From the NCBI GenBank assembly GCA_032718475.1, contig JAUCBJ010007707.1:5051-69050 (forward strand): a stretch of DNA of 64,000 nucleotides. The letters are read 5' to 3'. This DNA comes from Nemertoderma westbladi (lineage: Eukaryota; Animalia; Xenacoelomorpha). Below, in pieces: positions 51,370 through 64,000 of this stretch; within the stretch, counting starts at the first letter, position 1; every line of letters begins with the position of its first letter. Position numbers and translations under genes: made by a program. Under the pieces are notes generated by a model. It saw nothing but the letters and a program-made list of their open reading frames with translations, ran no database searches and was not told the DNA's origin.

Positions 51370-53023
51370 CAACATATGGAGTGGGTGTGTGACTCTATTA
51401 TTTTATATTATTTTATTATTTTTATATTTCTGTATGTATTACTATGTAATTTTATTATAATCGTTTTCTTTAATTTTATTCAGTAGAATGTTATTTTAGC
51501 GATTATTTAGTAGATTAGTGCAATATATATTCGCGTTTATTACTTAATTACGTATATATTATATTTAATGCGACGGCAAGAAATAATTCTTTTCCTCTTT
51601 CCTTACTGTCCGTATCATATTATAAATACGTGACTACAGTAAGATGAAATGTCCGTACTTATTAAAGTACAATAAAGCCACTACTATATTTAAGTATTAT
51701 TGGTAGGCAGAGTATTAGGAATGCAAAGTTCAGATCCTCGTGTCTCGGCTAAACCAAGCTCTGGGTAGACCTTGGAAACGACTTGCCTCTTCACACTGAC
51801 ATTGCTTCGTGCGATATTGCTCTCATACCGTATATTAAATAATACATATAGTAGCGTGATGTCTCTTTAACAGTAGCGTGTAACGCAAAATAAATCTGTT
51901 AAACCCTTTGACCATCTGTAATTCTAGTCGATTAAGATATCGCGGCACCCACCGATATCCTTGAAAGACAAATTCTAGAATCAGTGGTTAACGTCCCCAG
52001 ACAAGTTCTGGAATAAATCGGTGCCCATCTCAAATATTAATTAGTTAATATTTACAAATCAAATAAGTCAAAATCTGTAAAATCCAGATCCTTCAACAAT
52101 TCTAGTCAATTAAGATATCGTAGCATTTACCGATATTCTTAAAGAGACAATTTCTTAGAATTAAGGATCTTGTGCCCCTAGACATGTTCTAGAATCAAAA
52201 TATGTCCATTTAATTATCAAATAATAAAATTTCAGGGAATAAATTTAAATTCATGCCTTTTAATGAATTTAATAAATTGCCATTTTACGCAATTTATAAA
52301 GTTCCCAAAATTCCATTAATTAATAGATCAAGGGAGCGGAGATTTATCTTATCATGCGTATGAGAGTGTGAAAGTCTCCCAAACATAGTTAATAGCCGAT
52401 AAAATTCTTAAAGTCATGTATAAACAGGACATTGACTATTAAAGAATTCCTATTAAATAACATCCCAGATCTGTATGCATTGGAATTACTCTAATTCTAC
52501 CGCTAGCTTTGCATAATGTCACCATAGCAACAACCACGCTAGAATTAGAATTGAGTTAAAAGAACAATAGAAAGCTTGTCCCATTGAATAGCATAGGGAA
52601 TAAATAGCGCACTACTAGTATCCAAGGATACATAATAATACAGTGACATTCTGGAAGGCATTGACTAACGGACAAATGGCTCGAATGTGTGTAATTTGTG
52701 ACAAGTTGTGTGTGTGGTATTTGTGAGTTTATAGGTGAATGTTACTGCTAAGGTGTGTTTACAGTAGCCAGTAGCAATCGTAAAGTAACCTAACTCTCCA
52801 AGGAATACCTGAAGTACATCTAAGTCTTTGGGACGGACAGTCGAGTGACTTGTGCCGGTTGTCGTTGTCGTTGTGCGGCTACGTCGTTGGCGAAAGTACA
52901 GCGGCGACGACACATCGGCGCTGAGGATCTCGTACTGTCCGGGGGTTAATTGGAGTAGGCAGCGACGCTCGCTAGCCTGAATATAAACTCCTTATAATGT
53001 GGATAAACTCATATATAGCAGAC

Positions 53024-54308
53024 ATGACGGAGTTGATGGAAGATGTTCTTGGTATCGGGGAGCGATATACTCTACTTTTGCAAGCGTTTGTTGATAGCTT
53101 AATACGCGGCGACGTTAGTCCAACTGCTGCGGAGGACGATGGTCGTTATATCGAACCGCCAATGTCCCAAGAGCAGCTCACGCGTGAGTTGGACTATAGA
53201 AAATTCGCTGCTCGATATACGCGGCGTAATGGTATGTATATGGGCTTCTTAACTACTGGTCATCCTATCGATTTACACAATACGGACTATGTCGACTATA
53301 TATCCTGCCCAGCGGAGTCGGAACCATAAACGGAAATTCGAATGCGAAAATTCTATTCGAAATCGACTCGAAAGAAAAGACACTTAAGAAACAAATGGAC
53401 GCGGTAACTCCAAAGTATATTTGGAATTCTTGATAGAAGCATTGTAACAACAAATAAATGTCACCCGCGTTTACCCTACCAGACGTGCGTCTTTGGTATT
53501 ATTACGATAAAAGCCCTAGACCCAAATAATAAACGGAAAGACATAAACATCCATGTAAACCGAAACTTGTTGACGTATCACCTATGCTCACTCGGCTCGA
53601 ACGATCCTGGAGTAAACCTACGATCAGAGTCCCGGAATACTCGGTCAAACCTCCTCATTCCTTAGTTGGACCTCAGACCTGCGATCCTGGTGGTGTCGCG
53701 GATCCTCGCGGACGGTATTCACTGTTCAAGATCTAGTGCTACCCTAACAATTAATCGGTAACACTCCGACAGTGATTTCTAGCTAGCCGCCCATCTTACC
53801 TAGCTGGATTATGACGCAGACACCTAATATCATTATCCAATCGTATGGTCGTCCACGTTTAACGCGATACAACCCCTCATCAAGGTGAAGGAGAGCGTTG
53901 TACGAAACGAGTTAAACGCTATTTTATAAAGATCAAAAGGGAAACCTGCGTTTGTTTAGATAAACGTAAGTTATAACAGTAAGTCCAATCGATAAACGAA
54001 TTGGCCTTATCTCAATTCGATTGGGAAATCCAGAATCTCTAAGAAGTTATCGAACTTGGACGATCCTATTCTCTGCGAGAGTTTTTGGATGAACGTATCC
54101 AGCTACGAGCGGAGGAAAATCAGCTCGAGGAGAAGCATATCGAAACGGCAGATACCCCGACCACAATCCTACACCTTCTGATGCAATCATATTGCACCCT
54201 TCACCCAGGAGTTATGGCCCTCCTAGTAAAGTGGCTCCCCCCAAAGAGAAAAAGACTCTTGCTAGCCTCAAAAAACTGCGTAAACGCCGTCTGCGTAAAA
54301 AAGACTAA
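53024..54308 (+). pseudogene. Remnant of the extra ORF in copy A
   Basis: The MTELMEDVLGIGERYTL... start and ...PSPRSYGPPSKVAPPKEKKTLASLKKLRKRRLRKKD* end match the copy B pieces; the middle is disrupted. Confidence 0.65.
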
Positions 54309-54386
54309 CTGTTTAGAGTATCTTTATGTTTTAGAAACTGTGATTTTTATATTTTATAGACTGAAAATCCCATTTTCTGGGAGCGG

Positions 54387-55811
54387 TGTAAAAGCTTTTA
54401 CTGAATTGTCCGGTTATTTTGCCTTATTTTTCCCGTAAAGTACTCTGTAGTTGGTTTACCAGGCATAAAAAGGCCGTGTCCTTGCTGTACTGGTGTTTTA
54501 GCGGACATAAGAGCTATTTCTTCTGTATTTGTACTTTAGAGGACATAATCCGTAATTCCGTGACGTAAAAGCTCGATACTCTTGAAAACAGTGTCGCTAC
54601 TGTAAAAGCCTTTGCTGAATTGCCCCGTTATTTTTATTATCTTTTACATTAAAATACTCCGTAGTTGATTTAATAAGTGTAAGAGACCGTATTATTGCTG
54701 TATCTGTGTTTTTAGAGGATCTAAGACCTATTTCCTCTGTATGTGTACTGTGAAAGGCATATTTTATGATTCTATGGCAATTCGTGACGCAAAAGGGTGA
54801 TAGCTACTCTTGAACAGTAGTTACTATGACTACGGTTAACAGCTGACATTCATACGTGTTGATTTCCTTTGTTCTACGGCGTCTCTCAGCTCAGTCAGCC
54901 AATGAGAGCGTTTTTGTGGCTCCTTGTACAGAGAATTTCCGAGAAATGACGCAATGCCTATGTGCAGTGCTTACATTCAGTCTTGAGCCAAAGAAAGAAC
55001 GGCTTAGAAATATTTTGTGCTGTACTGCTTTTTAGTCGTACACTGGTAGGTTTAATTATAAAGGGCATATATCCTTTAACAAACGGACTGACGGAACTGC
55101 ATGCCTATGTGCACTGACATACCGGTGCTGATTTGTTGTTTTATACTGCTATTTGCTGTCAGTTCTTCATAATATGGTTGATGAATTATTATATTTGGAA
55201 TAACGATAAACAACCCCGAAACCCAATGTTCTTGATATACCGAAGGTAAGAGAGAAGGGTTACAGATAAACGATTGTGACTTATGTTAAAGTGGTTTGAA
55301 GTGAATCTAATGTTATTTGATAGACCCTACATGAGTCAGCCTGTGTTCCTTTTATATGTGACTAAAATCAGTGAAGATTGGCAGATTAGTGTGCAGTATT
55401 GTGCAGCATAGTGTATGAGTGAGTCTGTTAAAGAAGCAATTCCTAAAGAATGCGCCATATATGTGGATTATAATTAAGCCATATCGTTGCGAGTAGTTTA
55501 AGTCATAACTCTGTTTATGTAGATAAAGCGCCACGTCCTAAAGGAACTGTTAATATTACCGAAGGTGAATAATATTGTCAGAGATTATATAATACTGTCA
55601 GTCGAATAATACATTAGGCTTACATAGCAATAAAAATTAAACCGTCGAACCCAATCTCCCGGGAATTTCCAGCGGGTGAATGGTCGCGCACGGATTGGTT
55701 TCGACTAGTGTAGTGAATCAAATACTTGTCATAGACTAAAAAGCAGATTTATTATCTAGAAGACATTCTAATTTGGCGGGTTAAACTGCCAAAGGTCTGA
55801 AAGCGCGAACA
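54387..55811 (+). repeat. 3' LTR of copy A
   Basis: Same length as the 5' LTR. I noticed only one difference by eye (ccggtActg vs ccggtGctg). Confidence 0.96.
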
Positions 55812-57192
55812 CTATCTGTGTTTACAGAACAATAATATTTTGTATTACTGTATGTACAATGTACATAGCAGAAAGATAATCCATTAACATTAACATATTA
55901 CATTATGCATTATTGTCATCTATATAGATCATCATTATATTAGTATCAGTTTGGGCCAACGTTATATAATTTGCACATTATTCTATATTTTCACCTTGCT
56001 ACTGTAGTGTATGTTTTAATGTTTCTGTTTGGGCAATTGTAACGGGCTATATTCCTTATGTTTTATTTAATATCTACTATTGATTTGTCGGATCTGCCTG
56101 TCCGAATTAAATATATATGATATGATATTATTCATTAAGTTAACTAATTAGTTAATAATATGCTATAACTATTCTGACAATATTCTGTATCATTTGGGGG
56201 CCGGGCCTACAAACATGCTGAGACTCGGAATAGATGTTGAGCCATCATATAACAAACAAAACATGGGAATTCTACATCGGTGACCCGACGCCCCAAAACG
56301 GATTTTTGAGTTGGAACATGGCTGAACCACTCGCCAACTCGGTTTCACTTAAACTGCGAACGTGCCGCCCGACTCTGGGACTCGAATAGCCTCATTGACC
56401 GACGACCGACACTGTATTTTTTGTGTTAAACATGAGAGTTCTACAGTACAATGTACAGTACATTATTATTATCTAATATCTCATAGTAACAAGGATTTGG
56501 TGGTAGGTGTGTTTTCGATGTGTTTGTTATCATAACTTTTTATACAGGTGAGACTTGTTCATAGGGCTCTTGACATTGAATGATAAAGTATTCTACCGAA
56601 AATAACTTGTGTATTTTATATATTTATGTTTAATATAGATTTTCAAAAAGAGTCAAGTAATAATAAAGCACTCAAAGATGGCTCAAATAGTCCTAAGAAG
56701 AATATCTGTAAAAATAATACAAATAATGTTAATAGTTTGTTAGGATAATGTATATAAAAATAAAGTGTGTCTACTTTAAATGTGGAAATAATGCATACAG
56801 TAGTATGTCGTTAATATAATAAAGATAGTCGTTCAATTTTATACTAATAAGGTGATAATTCGCATAATGTACATAATATATTTAGGTGTATTGTTTGTCA
56901 TTAAATAAATATATATAATCAATCATGTCGATCTTTAAATGAGAAAATAATACCAATCTTATTCTGGGATAATATATACAGATATATTCTGGGATAATGT
57001 ACAAAGGTCTACATCTACTCTTATTAGGAAATAAAAGTCAGCTCACGGCTCATACATGTCAGTACTCGTCTCACTATAAACTAAGGTGTTACTTTTATAC
57101 ATACTGTAGTTTACTGCCATGTAGCTTATATACGGTACTTATTAATTTACGTTTTGCCGTCGTATATTTTGGTATCAATTAACTGTTTGATT

Positions 57193-58941
57193 ATGACGTC
57201 ACAATACATATTCCGGCAATTAACTAGAAAACTTTCTTCAATCAAAGGACAGCCTAAATATCATAAAAATGTTCCCTTGACAACCAGTTACCTCCATCAT
57301 CCCAAACAGACGCCTTATATGAGAAAAACCTTGGGGTTGTTACTGGAGGAGCGAGCTTTGAAAGGGAGAGATAAGGAAGCTTTTGTGTTCGTATCTGAAA
57401 ACGTGCGGCTAACATTTGGCGAGATTCTAGAATCAGCTGATGAACTTGCGGCTGGATTCATAGAACTAGGGTTGGTACCTGGTGATCGTATTGGGATATA
57501 TGGCCCCAGCTCGAAACACTGGATGATCGGGGCGTATGCAGCGGCCCGCTGCGGTTTGGTGGTTCTTAATCTTAATATAGCTAGTCCACCGCTGGAATTA
57601 GAAGCCGCATTGAAAGTTATGGGGGCCAAAGCAATACTTGCTGATACAGGAATAAAAAATATCGATTATTACCAAAATCTAACGTCCATTTGCCCCGAAC
57701 TGTTAGATTCAAAACCTGGAAATTTGATTTCTGCACGTTTACCCGAATTACAACATGTTATTTTTATGGATGAAGTTCAACGGCCTGGCTGTTTGATTCT
57801 AGACGAGATCCGTAATGCATCTGGCTCGGACTCAACGGAAAAAATATCGAAACTCCAATCAAAGATAAACCCAGACTCCACCTTGAATATACAATTAACC
57901 TCAGGAACAACAGGAGTACCGAAAGGAGTTCTTTTAACTCATCATCAACTTCTAGATAACATGTCTACCTTTGCGCGATGTATTGGATGCGATACGATTG
58001 ATCACACAATAGCCTCACCATTACAATTCTTCCACGGATTCGGGTACGATGGTGTTATCTGCATGAGCTTGGTGGCTAATGCACGAACCGTAGTCGCCAC
58101 ACCTATGTTTGATGCCATCAAGTTGATGGAAAGTATTGAGAAGGAGAGCGCGACGTTGTTGTTTGCTACTCCTACGATGTGTATGGACATGTACAACGAC
58201 TCACGCAAGTACAATTTGTCCTCACTTGTTACTGCTGCCATCGGCGCTGCTCCTGTAGGGAAGGAGTTCTTTGCAAAAATCGCCAAGGAATGGGATATGC
58301 CATCAGCAGTACGCGGTTATGGAATGACGGAAGCTTCTATGGTAATAACTTGTGGAGATTACGATGATGTGGAAGAAATGAGATCTACGAAGGATGGCTA
58401 TCCTCTTGAAGGAACTGAAGTTCAAATAGTAGCAGCTGATGGTAACGTGGCTGCGGTTGACACAATAGGAGAGTTGTGTGTACGGAGTTATATAATAAGT
58501 CAAGGCTATTGGGCTAATGAAGAGAAGACCAAAGCGGCGTTAAGTCCCACTGGTTGGTGGCGTACCGGTGACTTGGCATCCATGGACTCCAACGGTTATG
58601 TAACTATTTGCGGACGCCTCAAAGATCTTATCATACGGGGTGGAGCCAATATATATTCCTTGGACTTGGAAGATTTGCTTTTAAGTCACCCAAAGATTCA
58701 ACAGGCGTATGTTTTCGGCGTTCCAGACGAGCGATTGGGTGAGAAAGTAGCCGTGTCAGTTAAACTGACCCCAGGAGAGAATATGACGGAGGTTGAGGTG
58801 AAGAAATTCATGGAAGGTAAAGTATCCTATTACAAAGTGCCAGAACATGTCGAATTTAGAGAAGATTTTCCTATGACCGCATCTGGTAAGGTAAAAAAGC
58901 ATGCTCTTTGTGATGAGATGGTTAAGAAATTTAATTTGTAA
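57193..58941 (+). CDS. ACSF2: ACSF2-like medium-chain acyl-CoA synthetase (AMP-binding/ANL superfamily), intronless, probable mitochondrial presequence
   Basis: First ATG at 57193. Motifs: NIQLTSGTTGVPKG, GYGMTE, TGDLA, GRLKDLIIRGG, FGVPDERLGE, PMTASGKVKK. The N-terminus is basic and lacks acidic residues. Confidence 0.88.
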   Translation: MTSQYIFRQLTRKLSSIKGQPKYHKNVPLTTSYLHHPKQTPYMRKTLGLLLEERALKGRDKEAFVFVSENVRLTFGEILESADELAAGFIELGLVPGDRIGIYGPSSKHWMIGAYAAARCGLVVLNLNIASPPLELEAALKVMGAKAILADTGIKNIDYYQNLTSICPELLDSKPGNLISARLPELQHVIFMDEVQRPGCLILDEIRNASGSDSTEKISKLQSKINPDSTLNIQLTSGTTGVPKGVLLTHHQLLDNMSTFARCIGCDTIDHTIASPLQFFHGFGYDGVICMSLVANARTVVATPMFDAIKLMESIEKESATLLFATPTMCMDMYNDSRKYNLSSLVTAAIGAAPVGKEFFAKIAKEWDMPSAVRGYGMTEASMVITCGDYDDVEEMRSTKDGYPLEGTEVQIVAADGNVAAVDTIGELCVRSYIISQGYWANEEKTKAALSPTGWWRTGDLASMDSNGYVTICGRLKDLIIRGGANIYSLDLEDLLLSHPKIQQAYVFGVPDERLGEKVAVSVKLTPGENMTEVEVKKFMEGKVSYYKVPEHVEFREDFPMTASGKVKKHALCDEMVKKFNL

Positions 58942-59845
58942 TAATTTAGATGCAGTTGATAGCGAATAATAATAGTTATAAATAAATAATTTGCCTTACT
59001 GTTAGCCCAGTCTATCTAGCATATGACTCAAATTAAATAATCAATACAAACCAGATTATCTTGATTCGTAATTACGTTTTGTTTCCATATAAATAATGCG
59101 CCTACAATAAGTCTACGTCAGTCGGCGAACTATTAATACAGTAGTACCGTAGGCCTACTGTACTGTAGTACTACTGTGTAGGCCCTATACTGTATCTGTT
59201 ATGTAATCTATCGTCCCATAAAACTATCATTTTCATTTACTGTTTATACAAGAACCCAGTGACGCGTAGTGTGTCAAAGGTTTGTGTTTTATGCGTCTGT
59301 TTTTTAAAATGGTTTTTAATTTTGAAATTATAAGACCCATTTAAAACTACTGTAGTGGAATACAGTCCTATCTTCATTATCTACGGCTCTTTAATACAAT
59401 GTTTGATTACATTGTGATGTATAGGCCGGCCTACCACCTGTTGTATATCTTATTTTTAGTCTTATTGAGTGTGTTTGTGGTGAGCTCAAAAGTTCGATAG
59501 ATAGTGAATGTAATTAATGTTTATCGGCAAATAATAAAGACAGTTTATTTACTTGTTTCATATCTCAGATTTGGTCATTATTTAATTATGGTATTATTAT
59601 AATATTAGTAGATTTATTTTAATTTCATATAAGAATTCAATAATCAAATAAAAATAATATTATTAAAAAATAATATTGTATTTGTATAATTATTGTTCAT
59701 ACCTGTGAGCGGATTCAATTCCGCCGCATTACCCTCATAAAGTTGGGAAGTGGCACCTTTTCAGCAATATTGGAGATACGAGATTGGCAATAACCAATCT
59801 CGTATCACAACCAACACTGGGGAGAACACAAACCCCAAAGCCACA

Positions 59846-62800
59846 TGTAAAAGCTTTTGTGGGATAACTGATACGTTTGCCTTTGCTGGCCAGTTCCCCC
59901 CCAGTCGCTAGAATACTCTCAAAGGGATTTATAACTAAAATAGTGCAAGCTACCAGCTTATTGGCTGATGTGCTGTACGGAGATATCTGGGCTCAGTTTA
60001 ATCGGCCAACTAGCTTAGAGAGGTTGCCTTAGCCTTGCTGTTCGTGTCGGCCAATAGAATTTGCGTAGGCGTTGATTTCGACCTATCCCAGCGCTACTGA
60101 ACTGAATTTCCTATCTCTATGCTCATCCTCTGTGTTGAACGGGGCTTCGTGGAATAAGGGTTTTTGGTATACTCGTATAGTGGTAGTAGTCATATGATTT
60201 TATATGATTCTGTTGTTATGTTCCCATTTTTCGCCATAACACCGGCTTTTTGGGAAGAACTCTAGTAAAACTGCTTAAATTATCGAAAGTATAAACTGTT
60301 ACCTACTCACCGAATCTTAACGCATCTTAACATACTTACTTAATTTAACTGCATTAATCATATTGTTTGTACTGTTATTTTACTGTCAGTTATTAATTGT
60401 ACCTATTTGTTGATGGAAATATTGCTCTTTGGATAATACGGATAAATCACCCAAATTTCCCAATTTTCTTGATACACTACAGGTTAGAGAGGCGGGCTAT
60501 ATATAACAATTGCGATTTATATTAATGTGGTGTGTATTGAATCTAATGTTATTTAGCAGACCCTACATGAGTCAATTACTGCTCTCTTTATGTGTGATCA
60601 AATATACTGACGGTCGGCAGAATAGTGTGCATGATTGTGATTGGTAACAAAGTATTTCCTAAAGAATACGCTTTATACTTTAATCATAAGCAGTATCGTT
60701 GCGTTTAGTATAAGTCCTAGTTCTGTTTAAATAGATAGAGCGCCACGTCCTAAAGGAACTGTTAATATTTCCCGAAAGCCAATAATATCTGTCAGAAATT
60801 AATTATTAACGATCTATCGAATAATACAGTAAGTTTACACTGCAACCTTACACTGCAATAATAAAATTTAAGCATCCGAATTCAGCCTCCCGGGTGTAGA
60901 TCCATCGGGTGAATGATCGCGCATGGGCTGACTTCGGCTAATGTTTTGTGTATTAGCATAAAATATTGTCGTATGCTAAAGGTGTTTTAATTAACTAAAA
61001 GACATATAAATTTTGGCAGGTTAAACTGCTAAAGGTCTTCAAAAGCGCGAACAGTAACAGTTTATAATCTTATTGCAGTAGGCAATAGGGTTGCAAAATA
61101 CCGTAGTGACTGGTAAAACTGAACCGGTACTTTTGTAGGTCAGTAGGCCTAACTGTCATCACCGGTACCGGTACTGCTGTACAAGTACATTTAGTATTAT
61201 TCGATTTGATTATTGTATACCGGTAGGTCTTAGTACTTAATCAGGGACTGCAGCCCTGAATTTTTATTGAGATTCTACTTATTTCTGTCGGTTTTATTTC
61301 CTAGTAAGTTAATATTGAGCTGAAGACGTGTAAGTCTGCTCAGATTGTTCAAATAATTGTAGGCTGAACTGCTGTCTGACTGTTGTTGAGTTTGGAGAGA
61401 TTACGGCGTGTGTAGAGTTTGTCTGATAAAGTGCCGTTAGTAAGTTGGGGCAGCCATATGCGGTAAGGTCAATCCCCTCTTAAAGAATAAGTCGTACTAC
61501 CGTGTTAGAACGCATACTAACTAACAGTTTCAGAGTCTGCATATACTGTAGTTTATTTAGGCTTGATCGTAGTCTGCCAGTGTTTTAGCCTGTGTTTGTT
61601 TGTGTGGTCTGTTCAGATACCGTAATAGTTATTACTCAGATATTTGTAGGCTGGATTGTTGTCTAGCTATTCTTAGGCCTGAAGGGATTGCTGCGTGTGT
61701 AGAGTTGGTCTGATAAAGTGCCGTTAGTAAGTTGGGGCAGCCATATGCTGTAAGGTCAATCCCCTCTTAAAGAGTAAGTCGTACTACCGTGTTAGAACGC
61801 ATACTAACTAACAGTTTCAGAATCTGCACATACTGTAGTTTGTTTAGGCTTGATAGTAGTCTGCCAGCGTTTGGTTTGTATTTGTTTGAGTATTCTGTAC
61901 GGGTAGCGTAATATTTATTATTCAGAGTTTATGCGATTATTCGCAACATTCATGTCCCCAAGTTTATTCCTACAGTAATTGTGCTTGTTATACATACCGT
62001 TATAGTTAAACTAACCCCGGTACTACATCAGGGCTGCTCGGCGTAGGTAAAGACTGGAGATTTTGTGCTTCGGTCACTCCAGCAGATGCCGTGGTTCTTT
62101 TAACTGTTCAAGTATATTTAACTACTGATTATTTGTTATACCGGTACTTGTACCTAATTTAGGGTTTAGTGTACAGTGCTTTCCGAAGTAATTAGTGTAG
62201 GCAGTATATTTGTGTTGTAAAGTGGTTGATAGGCACATTCGTTAGCTCTATTAACTTCTGGGTAGGAACAATCCGTGATACATAACGTAGTACCTATAGC
62301 GATACGGTTATAGGTCGTCAGGCGGTGGTATTTTCCTATCTGGACAGTACAGTATATTTACTACTACTTATTATTTCAAATACCGTAGTACCCTGTCCGT
62401 TGTAATAACCAGAATTCTAACCCTTTGTTAGGCTGGTTTGTAGACTTCCTGTAAAATTACCCTAAAAATTTCGTACGTAATATTTTGTTGTGTTTAATTA
62501 GAGAATTAATCTCACCAATATCGTAAGTAATTTGTAGTATTAAGTAACTTAGGTAAATTAGAATTATCAGTTTTAGTGTCAAATAAATAGCACTTCACTG
62601 AGAGCGCACAGCTTCCGTGTAGTGACCCCCAGAAATAATAACATTTATTTCAAATATTGACAAAACCCCTTTTAAACGGGTATATATCTATTATAAATCA
62701 ACTCAAAAGATTTATAAATAGTAGGCCTGTCATACAACAACTAGGTCTCACTACCAGTTGGACTACTGCTTAAATAACGGTAATAAAGTACGTTAAAGTA

Positions 62801-64000
62801 ACTAAGTAACCCTGAAATATTCAGGAATTCAATTATTCTAAAAATAATTGACATACCGGTACTTACTATAGGCTTATTATATTTATTTCTATAAATTTGA
62901 GCTGAAATCATACCGGTACTCTGTAATTAATTCTAGGTCATAATTATACTTATATATACTACAGTACTATAAGTGTAAACTGTATACCGGTATTCACGAT
63001 AGGCCTATTATATATTTATATATATCTGTGCTAAATTTATATACCGGTACTCTGTGACAAACCTAGTTCACAATACTTATATATATTATAAGTGCATACC
63101 GGTATTCTAATATACTGCAATAAATTACCGGTACTAGGCCAGTGGTTATACTGAATTACTAGACTTGCTTTAACTGTAACTATAGCAGTAAGCCTTCAAC
63201 TGTATAGCTAAACATGTCTGACACTCAGCAAAACCTGTCAGACAGTCTGATCGATACAACTATCTGTGATTCAGATAGGAGTGTGGAGCGAATAAGAAAG
63301 GAGTTCGGCTCACCTCCTACTGTAAAAAAGGTCATCCCTCCAGTAGTATCAGACCCTAGGCTAGTCCACCATAGGTCCATCATAGGCACTCGGGCGCAGG
63401 TCAAACGGAACCAAGAGGCAGCTGTCCTATCGCAGCAACATCTTGGTCAAGAACCTACTTCCCAGCGATCCGATAGCTCCAGCAGTTCGGATACTGTAGA
63501 GCTGACCCCCGAAGGCGGAGTGCAGATGGCTGCTACAGTCTACTCGGACCCCCTTCTTACCCTTCCTGCTGCAGTGCTAACTACTATATTCATTGCGGTT
63601 GAAGAACATCAAGCCGACTGGGCGAGGAATAAGCGAGCGACCCAAGACAATTACGCGGGATACGCCAGGGAAGAATTGATATCTATTGTTGAATCACAAT
63701 GGAACTTTCCCGGACTCGGACTCCCGTTGGATCTGTCTGAGGCTACTTGGGAAGATATACACAGGATGGGAGTGGCTAAAGATACAATGGATCCAGCTGT
63801 TTGGAAGAGGTCAGCAGCAGGATATGTGCAGGGATTCTTCGGATCCTTGGATCGATTGGAAGAACAACTGTTTCGACAACCTCACGGACCTCAAGAGCAG
63901 GAAGAACTGCTATATCAAATACGCGAAAGAACCCTACGCATACGACTAATCCTCTCAGCCTTTGAGGAAACTTCCAAAAGAAGACAGGACACGTCGCTGC
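59846..64000 (+). mobile_element. Bel/Pao copy C, 5' part (LTR 59846-61053, ~2.2-kb leader, gag start), running off the window
   Basis: Family LTR termini, a leader collinear with copy A minus the Helitron, and a gag ORF. Confidence 0.92.
63214..64000 (+). CDS. N-terminus of Pao Gag (open to the window edge, absent from ORF track)
   Basis: MSDTQQNLSDSLIDTT (cf. copy A MSDAKQNLSDSLLDTT) continues into SPPTVKKVIP..HHRSIIGTRAQVKRNQEAA (cf. copy B). Confidence 0.88.
   Translation, partial: MSDTQQNLSDSLIDTTICDSDRSVERIRKEFGSPPTVKKVIPPVVSDPRLVHHRSIIGTRAQVKRNQEAAVLSQQHLGQEPTSQRSDSSSSSDTVELTPEGGVQMAATVYSDPLLTLPAAVLTTIFIAVEEHQADWARNKRATQDNYAGYAREELISIVESQWNFPGLGLPLDLSEATWEDIHRMGVAKDTMDPAVWKRSAAGYVQGFFGSLDRLEEQLFRQPHGPQEQEELLYQIRERTLRIRLILSAFEETSKRRQDTSL

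Larger units (their letters stand above)
41672..55811 (+). mobile_element. Bel/Pao LTR retrotransposon copy A (14.1 kb), very recent, non-autonomous (no RT, no integrase core)
   Basis: Two 1425-bp near-identical LTRs, 5-bp TSD CTATC (41667-41671 and 55812-55816), and GGGAGCGG purine tract before 54387. Confidence 0.96.

Noticed and set aside
59700-59810. Possible minus-strand exon ending in cag|gtatg as a GS 5' exon
   Set aside because: The translation has no GS similarity and there is an upstream stop; the region contains a local palindrome instead

Overview
AT-rich, intron-containing animal (probably invertebrate bilaterian) genomic DNA dominated by repeats. The left end holds two minus-strand exons of a eukaryotic glutamine synthetase, a decayed CRE-type non-LTR retrotransposon and a foldback element. 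A ~15.6-kb array of 48-bp units follows (3.0-18.6 kb). Next come four related Bel/Pao-type LTR retrotransposon copies: a truncated one (18.6-21.1 kb, -), a TSD-bounded decayed one (21413-36717, -), a TSD-bounded very young one (41672-55811, +) carrying a nested Helitron, and one running off the right edge (59846-, +). An intronless ACSF2-like acyl-CoA synthetase lies at 57193-58941. Main observation: none of the four copies has a tRNA-type primer-binding site. In each, the 10-14 nt just after the 5' LTR differ between subfamilies but are perfectly complementary to a co-varying segment about 730-770 nt inside the same LTR. This is the geometry of Tf1-style self-primed reverse transcription, which I do not know from Bel/Pao elements. 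Other points: a structured R-U5 region, a 1381-aa Gag-PR ORF kept open across three large deletions, an extra zinc-knuckle ORF in the env position, and a 147-bp-period array of CTCF-like sites in the Helitron. All calls were made by eye, with no searches run.
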